Assembly (NCBI GenBank): GCA_964247725.1
Contig: CAXTVM010000002.1
Coordinates: 30,876 to 94,875, forward strand
Source of the DNA: an uncultured Acetobacteraceae bacterium
GTDB lineage: Bacteria; Pseudomonadota; Alphaproteobacteria; Acetobacterales; Acetobacteraceae
Length of the DNA: 64,000 bases
Reading direction: 5' to 3'
Numbering within the stretch: the first letter of the stretch is position 1; each line of letters begins with the position of its first letter. The notes beneath the pieces were generated by a model. The model saw nothing but the letters and a program-made list of their open reading frames with translations. It searched no databases and was not told where the DNA came from. This document shows, piece by piece, positions 37,510 to 47,352 of this stretch. The translations under genes were made by a program, and so were the position numbers.

Positions 37510-40500
37510 TCAGACAGAGAAATATTTCGCGTCGGGATTGAAAATGACCAGCGCGCTCGTCGACTGTTCCGGATGCAGCTGCCAGCCGTCCGACAGGCTG
37601 ACGCCGATGCGGTCGGCGCCGAGCAGGCGCAGCAGCGGCTCCTGGTCCTCCAGCCGCGGGCAGGCCGGATAGCCGAACGAGTAGCGCGAGCCGCGATAGC
37701 CCTGGGACAGCAGCCGGTCCATGTCGCGGTCGTCTTCGGCGGCATGGCCGAGCTCGGCGCGCATGCGCTTGTGCGCGTACTCGGCCATCGCCTCGGCCAT
37801 CTCCACCGACAGCCCGTGCAGGTAGAGGTAGTCCTGGTAGCGGTTGGCCTCGAACCAGATCCGGGCGACGTCGGAGGCCTTCTGCCCCACCGTCACCACC
37901 TGCAGCCCGACCACGTCGCGGCGCTCGTCGTCGACGTCGCGCACGAAGTCGGCGATGCAGGCGCCGTCGGCACGCGGCTGGCGCGGCAGCGCGAACCGAG
38001 CGGCCTCGGTGCGGCCGTCGGGCTCGAACAGGATCAGCTCGTTGCCCTGACCGGCCGCTTTCCAGTAGCCGGTGACGGCCTGCGGCCGCAGGATGTCCTC
38101 GTCCGCGCACAGCGCCAGCATGCGGCGCATCACCGGACGCAGCTCCTGCCGAGCCCAGCTCAGGAACTCGTCCAGCGAGCGGCCCTGCTTGCGGAAGCCC
38201 CACTGGAATTGATACAGGCTGCGCTCGTTCAGGAACGGGATCACCGCCTTCGGCGCGGCCTCGATCACGCGGGCACCCCAGAACGGCGGCTCGGACACCG
38301 GCAGGACCTCGTTGAGCCGCCGCCGTCGGGCCTGCGCGCCCGCCAGGTCGACCGTCTGGTAGCCGCGCGTCTCCGCCTGCTCCGGCGCCCTCTTCGTGAT
38401 GCGCGCCTTGGCCCCCCCCCGCCGGGACTGGATCGCGCCGAGGTAGGAATTGAGCTCGCCGCCGGCCAGCTTGTCCATCAGCGAGAGCCCGTCGAACGCG
38501 TCGCGCGCATAGGCCACCCGGCCGCCGTTGTAGGCCGCGACGCATTCCTCCTCGACGTAGTTGCGGGTGAGCGCCGCCCCCCCCAGCAGCACCGGCACCT
38601 GCAGCCCCTGGCGCGCCATCTCCTCGAGGTTCTCGCGCATCACCACGGTCGACTTCACCAGTAGCCCGGACATGCCGATGGCGTCCGCCTTGTGCTCGCG
38701 CACCGCGGCCAGCATGTCGGCCAGCGGCACCTTGATCCCGAGGTTGCAGACCCGGTATCCGTTGTTGGTCAGGATGATGTCGACCAGGTTCTTGCCGATG
38801 TCGTGCACGTCGCCCTTGACGGTGGCCAGCACGATGGTGCCGCGGGTCTGGCCCTCGGCGCGCTCCATGTGCGGCTCCAGGTGCGCCACTGCGGCCTTCA
38901 TGGTCTCGGCTGACTGCAGCACGAACGGCAGCTGCATCTTGCCCGAGCCGAACAGCTCGCCCACCGTCTTCATGCCGTCGAGCAGCACCGTGTTGATGAT
39001 GTCGAGCGGGGGCATCCGCGCCATCGCCTCGTCAAGCTCGGCCTCCAGCCCCTTGCGGTCGCCGTCGACTATGCGGTCGCGCAGCCGCCCCTCGACGGTG
39101 TCGGCGCGGACCTTCTTGACCGCGTCCGCCAGCTTGCGCTCGGCGAACATCGCCAGCACCGTCTGCAGCGGATCGTAGCCCTCGGCGCGGCGGTCGAAGA
39201 TCAGGTCCTCCATGACCCGGACCTCCTCGGGCGGGATCAGGTGCAGCGGCCGGATCTTGCTGACGTGCACGATCGCCGCCGTCATGCCGGCGCGCACCGC
39301 ATGGTCGAGGTACACCGAGTTCAGCACCGCGCGCGCGGCCGGGTTCAGGCCGAAGCTGACGTTGGAGAGGCCGAGCACGATCTGCACGTCGGGAAAGCGG
39401 TCGCGGATGGCTTTGATGCCCTCCAGCGTCCACTGGCCGAGCTTGCGGTCGTCCTCCATGCCGGTGGCGATGGTCAGCACCAGCGGGTCGATCATCAGGT
39501 CGGAGTGCGGCAGCCCGTGCCGGTCGCAGGCGAACGCGACCAGGCGCTCGGCGATGGCGAGCTTGCGGTCTGCCGTCTTCGCCATGCCCTCCTCGTCGAT
39601 GGTGCCCGCGACGATGACGGCGCCAAACTTCCGTGCCAGCACCAGGCGCTCGGTCGCGATGTGCTCGCCGTCCTCGAAGTTGATCGAGTTGATGATCGGC
39701 TTGCCGCCGTGCAGCTTGAGCGCGCTCTCGATCACCGGCGTCTCGGTGCTGTCGATCACCAGCGGCGCGTTCACCGAGCTGGTGAAGCGGCGGATCACCT
39801 CGTCCATCTCCGCGGTCTCGTCGCGGCCGACGAAGGCGGTGCAGACGTCGAGCGCGTTGGAGCCCTCGGCCGCCTGCTCGCGCCCGACCACGACGCAGCC
39901 GTCCCAGTCGCCGCCTTCCTGCAGCTCGCGCCACTTCCGCGAGCCGTTGGCGTTGCAGCGCTCGCCGATCGAGAAGTAGCTGTTCTCCTGGCGCAGCGGC
40001 GTCTGGCTGTAGAGGCTGGCGACCGACGGGATCCAGACCGGGCGGCGGGCCACCGGGGCCGGCCGGTGCCCGGCCTCGGTCCGGCGGCGCAGCATCGCGT
40101 CCAACGCCTCTATATGAGGAGTGGAGGTGCCGCAGCAGCCGCCGACCAGGTTCAGCCCGTCCTCGACGATGAAGCGCTCGATCCAGCTCGCCATCTCGGC
40201 CGGCGTCAGCGGGTAGTGGGTGCGGCCGTCGACCAGCTCGGGCAGGCCGGCGTTGGGCTGCACCGACAGCAGGCGCGGCCAGTTGGTGGCGAGCCAGCGC
40301 ACGTGCTCGGCCATCTCCTGCGGCCCGGTGGCGCAGTTGAGGCCGATCAGCGGCACGTCGAGGGCGTGGATGGCGGTGGCGGCGGCGGCGATGTCCGGCC
40401 CCACCAGCAGCGTGCCGGTGGTCTCGACCGTGACCTGGACGAAGATCGGCGTGTCGGTACCGGCCTGGTGCCGTGCCAGCTTGGCGCCGTTGACGGCGGC

Positions 40501-41004
40501 CTTGATCTGCAGCGTGTCCTGGCAGGTCTCGATCAGCAGCGCGTCGACGCCGCCGGCGATCAGGCCGCGGCACTGCGCGGCGAGTGCGGCCTCCAGCGGA
40601 TCGTAGGCGACGTTGCCGAGCGAGGGCAGCTTGGTGCCGGGCCCGATCGAGCCCACCACGTAGCGGTGCCGGCCGTCGCAGAACCCGTCCGCCGCCTCGC
40701 GGGCGAGCTCGGCCGCCACCCGGTTGATCTCGTGGGTGCGGCCGTCCAGGTCGAACTCGGCCAGCGTGATCGGCGAGCCGCCGAAGCTGTTGGTCTCGAC
40801 CATGTCGGCGCCGGCGGCGAAGTAGCCGCGATGGATCTCGCGCACCAGCTCCGGCCGCGACAGGTTCAGCACCTCGGTGCAGTTCTCCTGGCCCCAGTAG
40901 TCGCGTTCGACCTCGAGGTCGAGCATCTGCACCCGCGAGCCCATGCCGCCGTCGCAGAGCAGGACCTGGTCCCGGAGGGCGTCGAGGAGGTGAGGGCGGG
41001 TCAT
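37510..41004 (-). CDS. metH: Cobalamin-dependent methionine synthase
   Basis: LCDGGMG, GLNCATG, GGCCG, IGERCNANGS, TVKGDVHDIGKN (DxHxxG), GSRYSFGYPACP, PEQSTSA. Confidence 0.97.
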   Translation of the reverse strand: MTRPHLLDALRDQVLLCDGGMGSRVQMLDLEVERDYWGQENCTEVLNLSRPELVREIHRGYFAAGADMVETNSFGGSPITLAEFDLDGRTHEINRVAAELAREAADGFCDGRHRYVVGSIGPGTKLPSLGNVAYDPLEAALAAQCRGLIAGGVDALLIETCQDTLQIKAAVNGAKLARHQAGTDTPIFVQVTVETTGTLLVGPDIAAAATAIHALDVPLIGLNCATGPQEMAEHVRWLATNWPRLLSVQPNAGLPELVDGRTHYPLTPAEMASWIERFIVEDGLNLVGGCCGTSTPHIEALDAMLRRRTEAGHRPAPVARRPVWIPSVASLYSQTPLRQENSYFSIGERCNANGSRKWRELQEGGDWDGCVVVGREQAAEGSNALDVCTAFVGRDETAEMDEVIRRFTSSVNAPLVIDSTETPVIESALKLHGGKPIINSINFEDGEHIATERLVLARKFGAVIVAGTIDEEGMAKTADRKLAIAERLVAFACDRHGLPHSDLMIDPLVLTIATGMEDDRKLGQWTLEGIKAIRDRFPDVQIVLGLSNVSFGLNPAARAVLNSVYLDHAVRAGMTAAIVHVSKIRPLHLIPPEEVRVMEDLIFDRRAEGYDPLQTVLAMFAERKLADAVKKVRADTVEGRLRDRIVDGDRKGLEAELDEAMARMPPLDIINTVLLDGMKTVGELFGSGKMQLPFVLQSAETMKAAVAHLEPHMERAEGQTRGTIVLATVKGDVHDIGKNLVDIILTNNGYRVCNLGIKVPLADMLAAVREHKADAIGMSGLLVKSTVVMRENLEEMARQGLQVPVLLGGAALTRNYVEEECVAAYNGGRVAYARDAFDGLSLMDKLAGGELNSYLGAIQSRRGGAKARITKRAPEQAETRGYQTVDLAGAQARRRRLNEVLPVSEPPFWGARVIEAAPKAVIPFLNERSLYQFQWGFRKQGRSLDEFLSWARQELRPVMRRMLALCADEDILRPQAVTGYWKAAGQGNELILFEPDGRTEAARFALPRQPRADGACIADFVRDVDDERRDVVGLQVVTVGQKASDVARIWFEANRYQDYLYLHGLSVEMAEAMAEYAHKRMRAELGHAAEDDRDMDRLLSQGYRGSRYSFGYPACPRLEDQEPLLRLLGADRIGVSLSDGWQLHPEQSTSALVIFNPDAKYFSV

Positions 41005-41150
41005 CGTGATCCTTTGGCTGGCGGGCCTGCGTCCGCCTCCGTCCGGCAAGCCTGGGAGGCCGGACTTGCCAGATGGGGTCCCGACGCGCTTCTCACAAAG
41101 CCGGGCGCGGCTGTCCAGCGTCCGGCGTGCAACCGACGGAGCGACAGGAC

Positions 41151-41540
41151 ATGCGGCTCGACCCCCGGATCCCGCTGCGGCTGCAGACGCCGCCGCCGCC
41201 GCCCGATCCGGACGGGGTGCTGCTGCTGGTGGGTGCGGCCGGCCAAGATGGCGATGTCGATGGCGGCGCCGACGGCTGGGGCGCGGTCAGGCGCCTGCCC
41301 GGCGAGTTGGTCCGGCCCGGGCTGCGGGCGCACGTGACGGGCTGCGCCTGCTGCGGCGGGCGCTCGGGGCTGGCGATCGGGTTGTCGGAGCTGTTCCGGC
41401 AGGGTGCCGGCGGTGCGCTGGGGCCGTTCCGGCAGGTGGTGCTGGCGGTGCCGACGGCCGACCTCGCGACCGCCCGGCGCCTGCTCGCCGCCGATCTCCT
41501 GGTGACGGCCCGCTATCGCGTTGCGCCGGCGTTAGGATAA
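41151..41540 (+). CDS. Small hypothetical protein with HxxGCACC motif
   Basis: AGGA then ATG at 41151; HVTGCACCGGRSGLAIGLSELF; divergent from metH. Confidence 0.65.
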   Translation: MRLDPRIPLRLQTPPPPPDPDGVLLLVGAAGQDGDVDGGADGWGAVRRLPGELVRPGLRAHVTGCACCGGRSGLAIGLSELFRQGAGGALGPFRQVVLAVPTADLATARRLLAADLLVTARYRVAPALG

Positions 41541-41658
41541 AATCCATCACCTGTGGGATATTGCGTGCTAGGTTCCGGCGGCTGGTCGCGCCGATGGCGG
41601 CTTTGCGTCACGCGCCGGGGACGTCCTTGACCCGATGCGTCCTGTTGAAGGAAATCCC

Positions 41659-43929
41659 GTGGATCAACGCAACGACAACGCCGGCGACTTCGGACTTACG
41701 CCGGAGCGCCCCGCTGCCGGTCAGGGTGCGAAGGCGCCCGACCCGTTGACCATCCGGCTTCGCGCCGCGATGGCCGCCGCCAAGTACCACGGCGTCGAAC
41801 TGGATCCGAAGACCTTCCAGGCCGAGCCGAACGAGCCGTCGCCGTCGCCGGCGACGCTGGTGCGCTGGATGGACGACCAGGGCATGATCGCGCGCGGCAT
41901 GCACCTGAAGTGGCGCTACCTGGTGAAGATGCACAATACCCCGCCGATCGTCCTGATGTTCAAGGACGGCTCGGCCGGGCTGTTCATCTCCGCCGAGCCG
42001 CATCGCGGCATCGTCTGGCTGCGCGACCCGATGGCCGGCGAGAGCGAGCCGATGGTCGCGGTCGACGAGCTGCGGCTGAGCCAGGTCTGGACCGGCGACG
42101 TGCTGCTGGTGCGCCGGGCGCGGTCGGAGTCCGAGGCCGAGACGCCGGTGGACGTGCGCTGGCTGAGCCGCGTGGTAATGCGCGAGCGCGCGTCGCTGCG
42201 CGACATCATGCTGTCCTCGATGGTGCTGTCGGTGCTGACGATCCTGCCGGCGCTGATCATCATGCAGGTGATCAACAAGGTGGTCGGCGAGCATTCGCTG
42301 GCGACGCTGTTCTCCATCACCATGATCCTGGTGGTCATCTCCTTCTACGAGACGCTGCTCACCTACGCGCGGCGCGAGCTGGTGCTGGTGATGACGGCCC
42401 GGGTCGACAGCCGCATCAGCATCCACGTGTTCAACCGGCTGCTGGCGCTGCCGCTCGAGTATTTCGAGCGCCAGCAGGCCGGCAACGTGATCGGCCGCGT
42501 AATGGCCATCTACAAGGTCCGCGACTTCATGACGGGATCGCTGCTGCGCACCTTTCTCGACATGTTCACCTTGGTGCTGATCCTGCCGTTCCTGTTCTTC
42601 CTGAGCTCGACCCTGGCGTGGATGGTGCTGGCGGCCGCCGGCGCGATCGGCCTGATCGTGGTCATCTTCATGGGACCGGTCGGCTACTACATCGGCCGTG
42701 TCACCAACGCTGAGGTCGAGCGCGGATCGGTGCTCTACGAGTCGATCGCCGGCATCCGCACCTTGAAGACGCTGGCGCTGGAGCCGATGCGCCGACAGGA
42801 ATGGGACGAGAAGACTGCCGAGGTCACGCGCTGGAAGCTCGCCGCCGGCCGGATGGCCAACTGGCCACAGACCATCATCATGCCGGTCGAGCTGTTCATC
42901 AGCCGCGGCGTCATGCTGGTCGGCGCCTACCTGGCGCTCGAGGACACCACCGGGACCGGCACGATCACCGCCGGCAGCCTGGTCGCGTTCATGATGCTGG
43001 GCGGCCGAGTCGCCCAGCCGCTGGTCGGCTTCGCCCGCTTGCTGGAGGACTTCACCGAGGTGCGCACGGCGCTCGGCGAGGTCGGCTCGGTGCTGAACCA
43101 GCCGACCGAGACCAAGGCGCTCACCACCGGCATGCGTCCTAAGATCCTGGGCGCGCTGTCCTTCCTTGACGTCAACTTCGCCTACCCAGGCTCCCCGACC
43201 AAGGCGCTGGACGGGGTCAACTTCGAGATCCCGGCCGGCACCTCGCTGGGCGTGGTCGGCCGAAGCGGCTCGGGCAAGTCGACCATCACCCGCCTGCTAC
43301 AGGGCGTCAGCCGGAGCTACACCGGCTACCTGAAGCTCGACGGCGTCGACATGCGGGAGATCAACCTCAACCACCTGCGCCGCTCGTTCGGGGTCGTGCT
43401 GCAGGACAACTTCCTGTTCCGCGGCACCATCCGCGACAACATCACCGCCGGCCGCCCGGGACTGACGCTGGATGACGTGGTGCGGGCGGCCCGCCTCGCC
43501 GGTGCGGAGGAGTTCATCGAGCGGATGCCGGCCGGCTACGAGACCTTCATCGAGGAAGGCTCGACCAACGTCTCCGGTGGTCAGAAGCAGCGCCTGGCGA
43601 TCGCCCGCGCGCTGATCTCCGACCCCAAGCTGCTGATCCTGGACGAGGCGACCTCGGCGCTCGATCCGGAGAGCGAGGCACTGGTCAACGCCAACCTGGC
43701 GCGGATGGCCAAGGGACGCACGATGGTCCTGGTCTCGCACAGGCTGTCGTCGCTGGTGGATTGCGACCTGATCCTGGTGATGGAGCAGGGCAAGGTGAAC
43801 GACATCGCGCCGCATAACGTGCTGGTCGAGCGCTGCGCGATCTACCGCCAGCTCTGGCTGCAGCAGAACCGGCACATGAACGCCGAGCGCAATGCGGGTC
43901 CGGCGCCGATGCTGGCCGAGGGGGATTGA
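41659..43929 (+). CDS. Type I secretion ABC transporter (HlyB-like, N-terminal C39-like domain)
   Basis: GTG start after AAGGAA; TM domain; Walker A GRSGSGKST, VSGGQKQR, LILDEATSALD; no catalytic Cys visible in the C39-like domain. Confidence 0.93.
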   Translation: MDQRNDNAGDFGLTPERPAAGQGAKAPDPLTIRLRAAMAAAKYHGVELDPKTFQAEPNEPSPSPATLVRWMDDQGMIARGMHLKWRYLVKMHNTPPIVLMFKDGSAGLFISAEPHRGIVWLRDPMAGESEPMVAVDELRLSQVWTGDVLLVRRARSESEAETPVDVRWLSRVVMRERASLRDIMLSSMVLSVLTILPALIIMQVINKVVGEHSLATLFSITMILVVISFYETLLTYARRELVLVMTARVDSRISIHVFNRLLALPLEYFERQQAGNVIGRVMAIYKVRDFMTGSLLRTFLDMFTLVLILPFLFFLSSTLAWMVLAAAGAIGLIVVIFMGPVGYYIGRVTNAEVERGSVLYESIAGIRTLKTLALEPMRRQEWDEKTAEVTRWKLAAGRMANWPQTIIMPVELFISRGVMLVGAYLALEDTTGTGTITAGSLVAFMMLGGRVAQPLVGFARLLEDFTEVRTALGEVGSVLNQPTETKALTTGMRPKILGALSFLDVNFAYPGSPTKALDGVNFEIPAGTSLGVVGRSGSGKSTITRLLQGVSRSYTGYLKLDGVDMREINLNHLRRSFGVVLQDNFLFRGTIRDNITAGRPGLTLDDVVRAARLAGAEEFIERMPAGYETFIEEGSTNVSGGQKQRLAIARALISDPKLLILDEATSALDPESEALVNANLARMAKGRTMVLVSHRLSSLVDCDLILVMEQGKVNDIAPHNVLVERCAIYRQLWLQQNRHMNAERNAGPAPMLAEGD

Positions 43930-43931
43930 GC

Positions 43932-45383
43932 ATGAGCGACTCGACCGAGATCGTCCCGCACGGCGAGGCCGGCGGGCTGCGCCCGAAGCGCGGCTCCCGC
44001 CGCGTCGCCGCCAGCAACGACGACATGCCGCCCGCCCTGCTGGAGTTCCATTCCCCGAGCGCTGCCATGGCGGCGATGCCGCCTACGCCGTCGGCCCGCT
44101 ACATCACCTGGATCGTGTCCTCAATGTCGATCGCGGGGCTGCTGATGATGGCGCTGTTCCCGATCAACCGGGTGGTGACGGTGCCCGGCGCCCTGGTGGC
44201 GACGGAGCCGACCATCGTCATCCAGCCGCTCGAAACCTCCATCATCCGCTCGATCGACGTGCGTGAGGGCGACGCGGTCCGCAAGGGCCAGGTGCTGGCG
44301 CATCTCGACCCGACCATCAGCAACGCGGATGTCAAGAACCTCCGGAGCCAGACCCTGAGCCTGCAGGCGGAGGTCAACCGGCTCACGGCCGAGGCATCCG
44401 ACAAGGACTACGCGGTCGATCCCTCGAGTCCGGACTCGACCCAGCAGGCGGCGCTCTTCCTGCAGCGGAAGAACCAATATGCCTTCAAGCTGAACAACTA
44501 CCAGCAGCAGATCTCGGCGCTGCAGAACCAGCTGGTCGGCTACCAGGCCAGTGCCGCGCTCTTTGCCGGCCGGGTCAAGGTGGCCGCCAACGTTCGCGAC
44601 ATGCGGGTCGAACTGCAGCGCGACCAGGTCGGCAGCCGCCTAAACTCGCTCGCCTCGCAGGATGACCTGATGGAGGTCGAGCGCTCGCAGATTGGCGCGC
44701 AGCAGGATGCGGCGGCGGCCCGCGACAAGCTGAGCGCCCTCATCGCCGAGCGCGACGGTTATGTCCAGGGGAGCAAGGCGGAGACCTACCAGTCGCTGAC
44801 CGAGGCCCAGCGCAAGCTGTCGGAGGCGACCAGCGACTACCAGAAGGCGACGGTGTCGAACGGGCTGCTGGTGATGAAGGCGGACCGCAACGCAATCGTG
44901 CTGAACATCGCGCACGTCTCGGTTGGCTCGGTGATCACGTCGGCGCAGCAGTTCATGACGCTGACCCCCACTGACGTGCCGCTCGACATCGAGGCGCGGC
45001 TGCAGGCTGCCCAGGCCGGCTTCGTACAGCTCGGCGACAAGGCGCAGGTCAAGTTCGAGACCTTCCCCTACATCCAATACGGCGGCGCCAACGCAACGGT
45101 CGTCAACATCAGCTCGGACAGTTTCTCGGAGGAAGGTGCCCAGGCCGCCATCGCCAGCGCTCCAGCCAACGGCCTCGCCACTCCCGGCGGCGCCGGCGCC
45201 GCGTTCTACCGCATCCGCCTGCGGGTCGACGGCTACACGCTGCATGACGTGCCGAACTACTTCAAGCCGGCGGCGGGCATGATGGTCAGCTCCGACATCA
45301 ACGTCGGCAAGCGGACGATCCTGCAGTATCTGCTGAGCTCGATCGTGCCGACCCTCACCGAGGGCATGCGCGACCCGAGCTGA
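43932..45383 (+). CDS. HlyD-family type I secretion membrane fusion protein
   Basis: Single TM, IQPLETSIIRSIDVREGDAVRKGQVL, long coiled coil, KFETFPYIQYG, GMMVSSDINVGKRTILQYLL. Confidence 0.93.
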   Translation: MSDSTEIVPHGEAGGLRPKRGSRRVAASNDDMPPALLEFHSPSAAMAAMPPTPSARYITWIVSSMSIAGLLMMALFPINRVVTVPGALVATEPTIVIQPLETSIIRSIDVREGDAVRKGQVLAHLDPTISNADVKNLRSQTLSLQAEVNRLTAEASDKDYAVDPSSPDSTQQAALFLQRKNQYAFKLNNYQQQISALQNQLVGYQASAALFAGRVKVAANVRDMRVELQRDQVGSRLNSLASQDDLMEVERSQIGAQQDAAAARDKLSALIAERDGYVQGSKAETYQSLTEAQRKLSEATSDYQKATVSNGLLVMKADRNAIVLNIAHVSVGSVITSAQQFMTLTPTDVPLDIEARLQAAQAGFVQLGDKAQVKFETFPYIQYGGANATVVNISSDSFSEEGAQAAIASAPANGLATPGGAGAAFYRIRLRVDGYTLHDVPNYFKPAAGMMVSSDINVGKRTILQYLLSSIVPTLTEGMRDPS

Positions 45384-45492
45384 GCCGTGCGGCCGGCGTG
45401 ACGATCGACCAGGCTGTCCCGGCTGCGTGCGGCGCCGGGACGGACCATCGCCCGGCCACCGGTCGGGCCTCGCGGGAGTGTTGCAAGGTCCG

Positions 45493-47277
45493 ATGGCGAA
45501 CTTCCTGACCCAGCGCGCCGCCGCGATGTTCTCGCCGCGTGCGAAGCTGCGCTACGCGCTCAGCCTTATTGAAGCCGGCGAGGTCGGGCGCGCCTTCGCC
45601 CCCTTGAGCGCCGCCGCCACCGCTGGGATCCCGGAAGCCCAGTTCCGCGTCGGACGCGCCTATCTCGATGGTGCCGGGGTTCCGGTCAGCCGCGAGGAAG
45701 GGGCACGCTGGATCGAGCGGGCGGCGGAGACCGGCTGGGTCGAGGCGCAGGTGGTGCTAGCCACCCTGCACCTGTTCGGGCTGGTGGTGGGGTCCGCGTC
45801 CGGCACCGCGATGTTCGGCGGTGTCGCGCCGCAGGACGCCAAGCCCGACTACGAGGGTGCGGCCGCCTGGGCTCGGCGCGCGTCCGACGCCGGATCGCCG
45901 GACGGGCAGGCGCTGCTGGGCTACCTGCTCACCTCCGGTCCTGCGGAGCTCCGCGACCTCGATGCCGCCGACGCCTGGTATGAGAAGTCGGCCGCCGCCG
46001 GCTGTCCGCAGGGGCACCTTGGCATCGCCCTTGCGCAGCTGCGCAACGCGCTCGACGCCGAAGGGCAGCAGCGCGCCGCCAGCAGCCTCGCCAAGGCGGC
46101 CGCGGGCGGCCTCGGCACCGCGCTCTACCTGCTCGGCGTGATGACCGAGCGCGGCGCCGGCGTGAAGCAGGACATTGCCGCCGCCACCGACCTCTACCGC
46201 CAGGCGGCCGAGCGCCACGTCCGCTCCGGGCAGGCCCGCTACGGTCTGGCCCTGCTGGAGGGGCGCGGCGTCGAACGCAATCCCGCCCGCGGCGAGTCTT
46301 GGCTGCGCCGCGCCGCCCTGGCGGGAGACGCCGAGGCCGCCGCCCTGATCGGCGACATCTATTCGCGCGGTGGCGAGCTGCCGCCGAACTACACCGAGAG
46401 CGCCACCTGGTACGGCCGCGCCGCCGCCGCCGGCCACGCCGCCTCGGCGCGGGCGCTCGGCCTGCTCTACCTCACCGGCGCCGGCGTACAGCGCGACCCG
46501 GAGGAGGCGGCCCGCTGGTTCCGCCATTCCGCGGAACGCGGCGACCAGCTGGCACACGTCGATCTCGGCAACCTGGTGCTGGCCGGTGCCGGCGGCGAGG
46601 AGGATCGCATTGCCGCCCGCGAGCGGTTCGAGCAGGCGGCGGAGACCGGCGACCTGGTGGCCGCCTTCAATTTCGGCGTGTGCCTGGCGGAGGGCGTCGG
46701 CATCGAGCGCAACGACCGCCAGGCTGCCCTGTGGCTGCGCCGCGCTGCCGACGGGGTGGTAAACGCGCAGTATTGGTATGGCCGGATGCTGGCCGAGGGG
46801 CGCGGCGTCGAGGTCGATCTCAAGGAGGGCCGCGCCTGGATCGCCAAGGCGGCCGAGGCCGGGTTGCCGGACGCCGAGATGGCCTACGCGGAGATGCTGC
46901 TGGCCGGCCGCGGCGGCCCGCGCGACCATCCCGCGGCACTCGAGATGTTCGAGCGCGCCGCGCGGCAGGGCCATGTGAACGCGATCTTCTCGGTGGCGGC
47001 GATGCATGGCGGCGGTCACGAGGTGCCGGAGGATCGGCCGCAGGCGCAGGTGTTCTTCCGCCAGGCGGCCGAGCGCGGCCACGCCATGGCGCAGCTTATG
47101 CTCGGCCGCTACCTGGTGCGCGGGCTCGCCGGCGAGACCAACCCGGCCGAGGCAAGGCTGTGGTTGCAGCGCGCCCGCGCGCAGGGGATCAGCCAGGCGG
47201 ATGCCGAGCTGGCCCGGCTCGGCACCCGTCCACCGGCGCCGCCGGCGCCCGTGGCGCGCGCCGTCAACCAGCACTGA
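45493..47277 (+). CDS. Sel1-repeat (SLR) protein
   Basis: About a dozen repeats of the form AQFRVGRAYLDGAGV...A.W...AA. Confidence 0.92.
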   Translation: MANFLTQRAAAMFSPRAKLRYALSLIEAGEVGRAFAPLSAAATAGIPEAQFRVGRAYLDGAGVPVSREEGARWIERAAETGWVEAQVVLATLHLFGLVVGSASGTAMFGGVAPQDAKPDYEGAAAWARRASDAGSPDGQALLGYLLTSGPAELRDLDAADAWYEKSAAAGCPQGHLGIALAQLRNALDAEGQQRAASSLAKAAAGGLGTALYLLGVMTERGAGVKQDIAAATDLYRQAAERHVRSGQARYGLALLEGRGVERNPARGESWLRRAALAGDAEAAALIGDIYSRGGELPPNYTESATWYGRAAAAGHAASARALGLLYLTGAGVQRDPEEAARWFRHSAERGDQLAHVDLGNLVLAGAGGEEDRIAARERFEQAAETGDLVAAFNFGVCLAEGVGIERNDRQAALWLRRAADGVVNAQYWYGRMLAEGRGVEVDLKEGRAWIAKAAEAGLPDAEMAYAEMLLAGRGGPRDHPAALEMFERAARQGHVNAIFSVAAMHGGGHEVPEDRPQAQVFFRQAAERGHAMAQLMLGRYLVRGLAGETNPAEARLWLQRARAQGISQADAELARLGTRPPAPPAPVARAVNQH

Positions 47278-47352
47278 CCGGTCCTGCGGCGGCAGGAGCC
47301 GGGTCCATGTCCGTCCGTCTGTCGCCGGGGCAGCTGGCCCGACCGGATTGCG

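Noticed and set aside
41005-41150. SAH/SAM/cobalamin riboswitch upstream of metH
   Set aside because: A GGCAAG/CTTGCC hairpin and a CCAGGCT segment recall the SAH motif, but the other conserved elements could not be matched. An Infernal/Rfam scan would be needed.
41659-42200. Bacteriocin/RiPP peptidase-containing transporter system
   Set aside because: No catalytic Cys is visible in the C39-like domain, and no double-glycine precursor peptide was found nearby.
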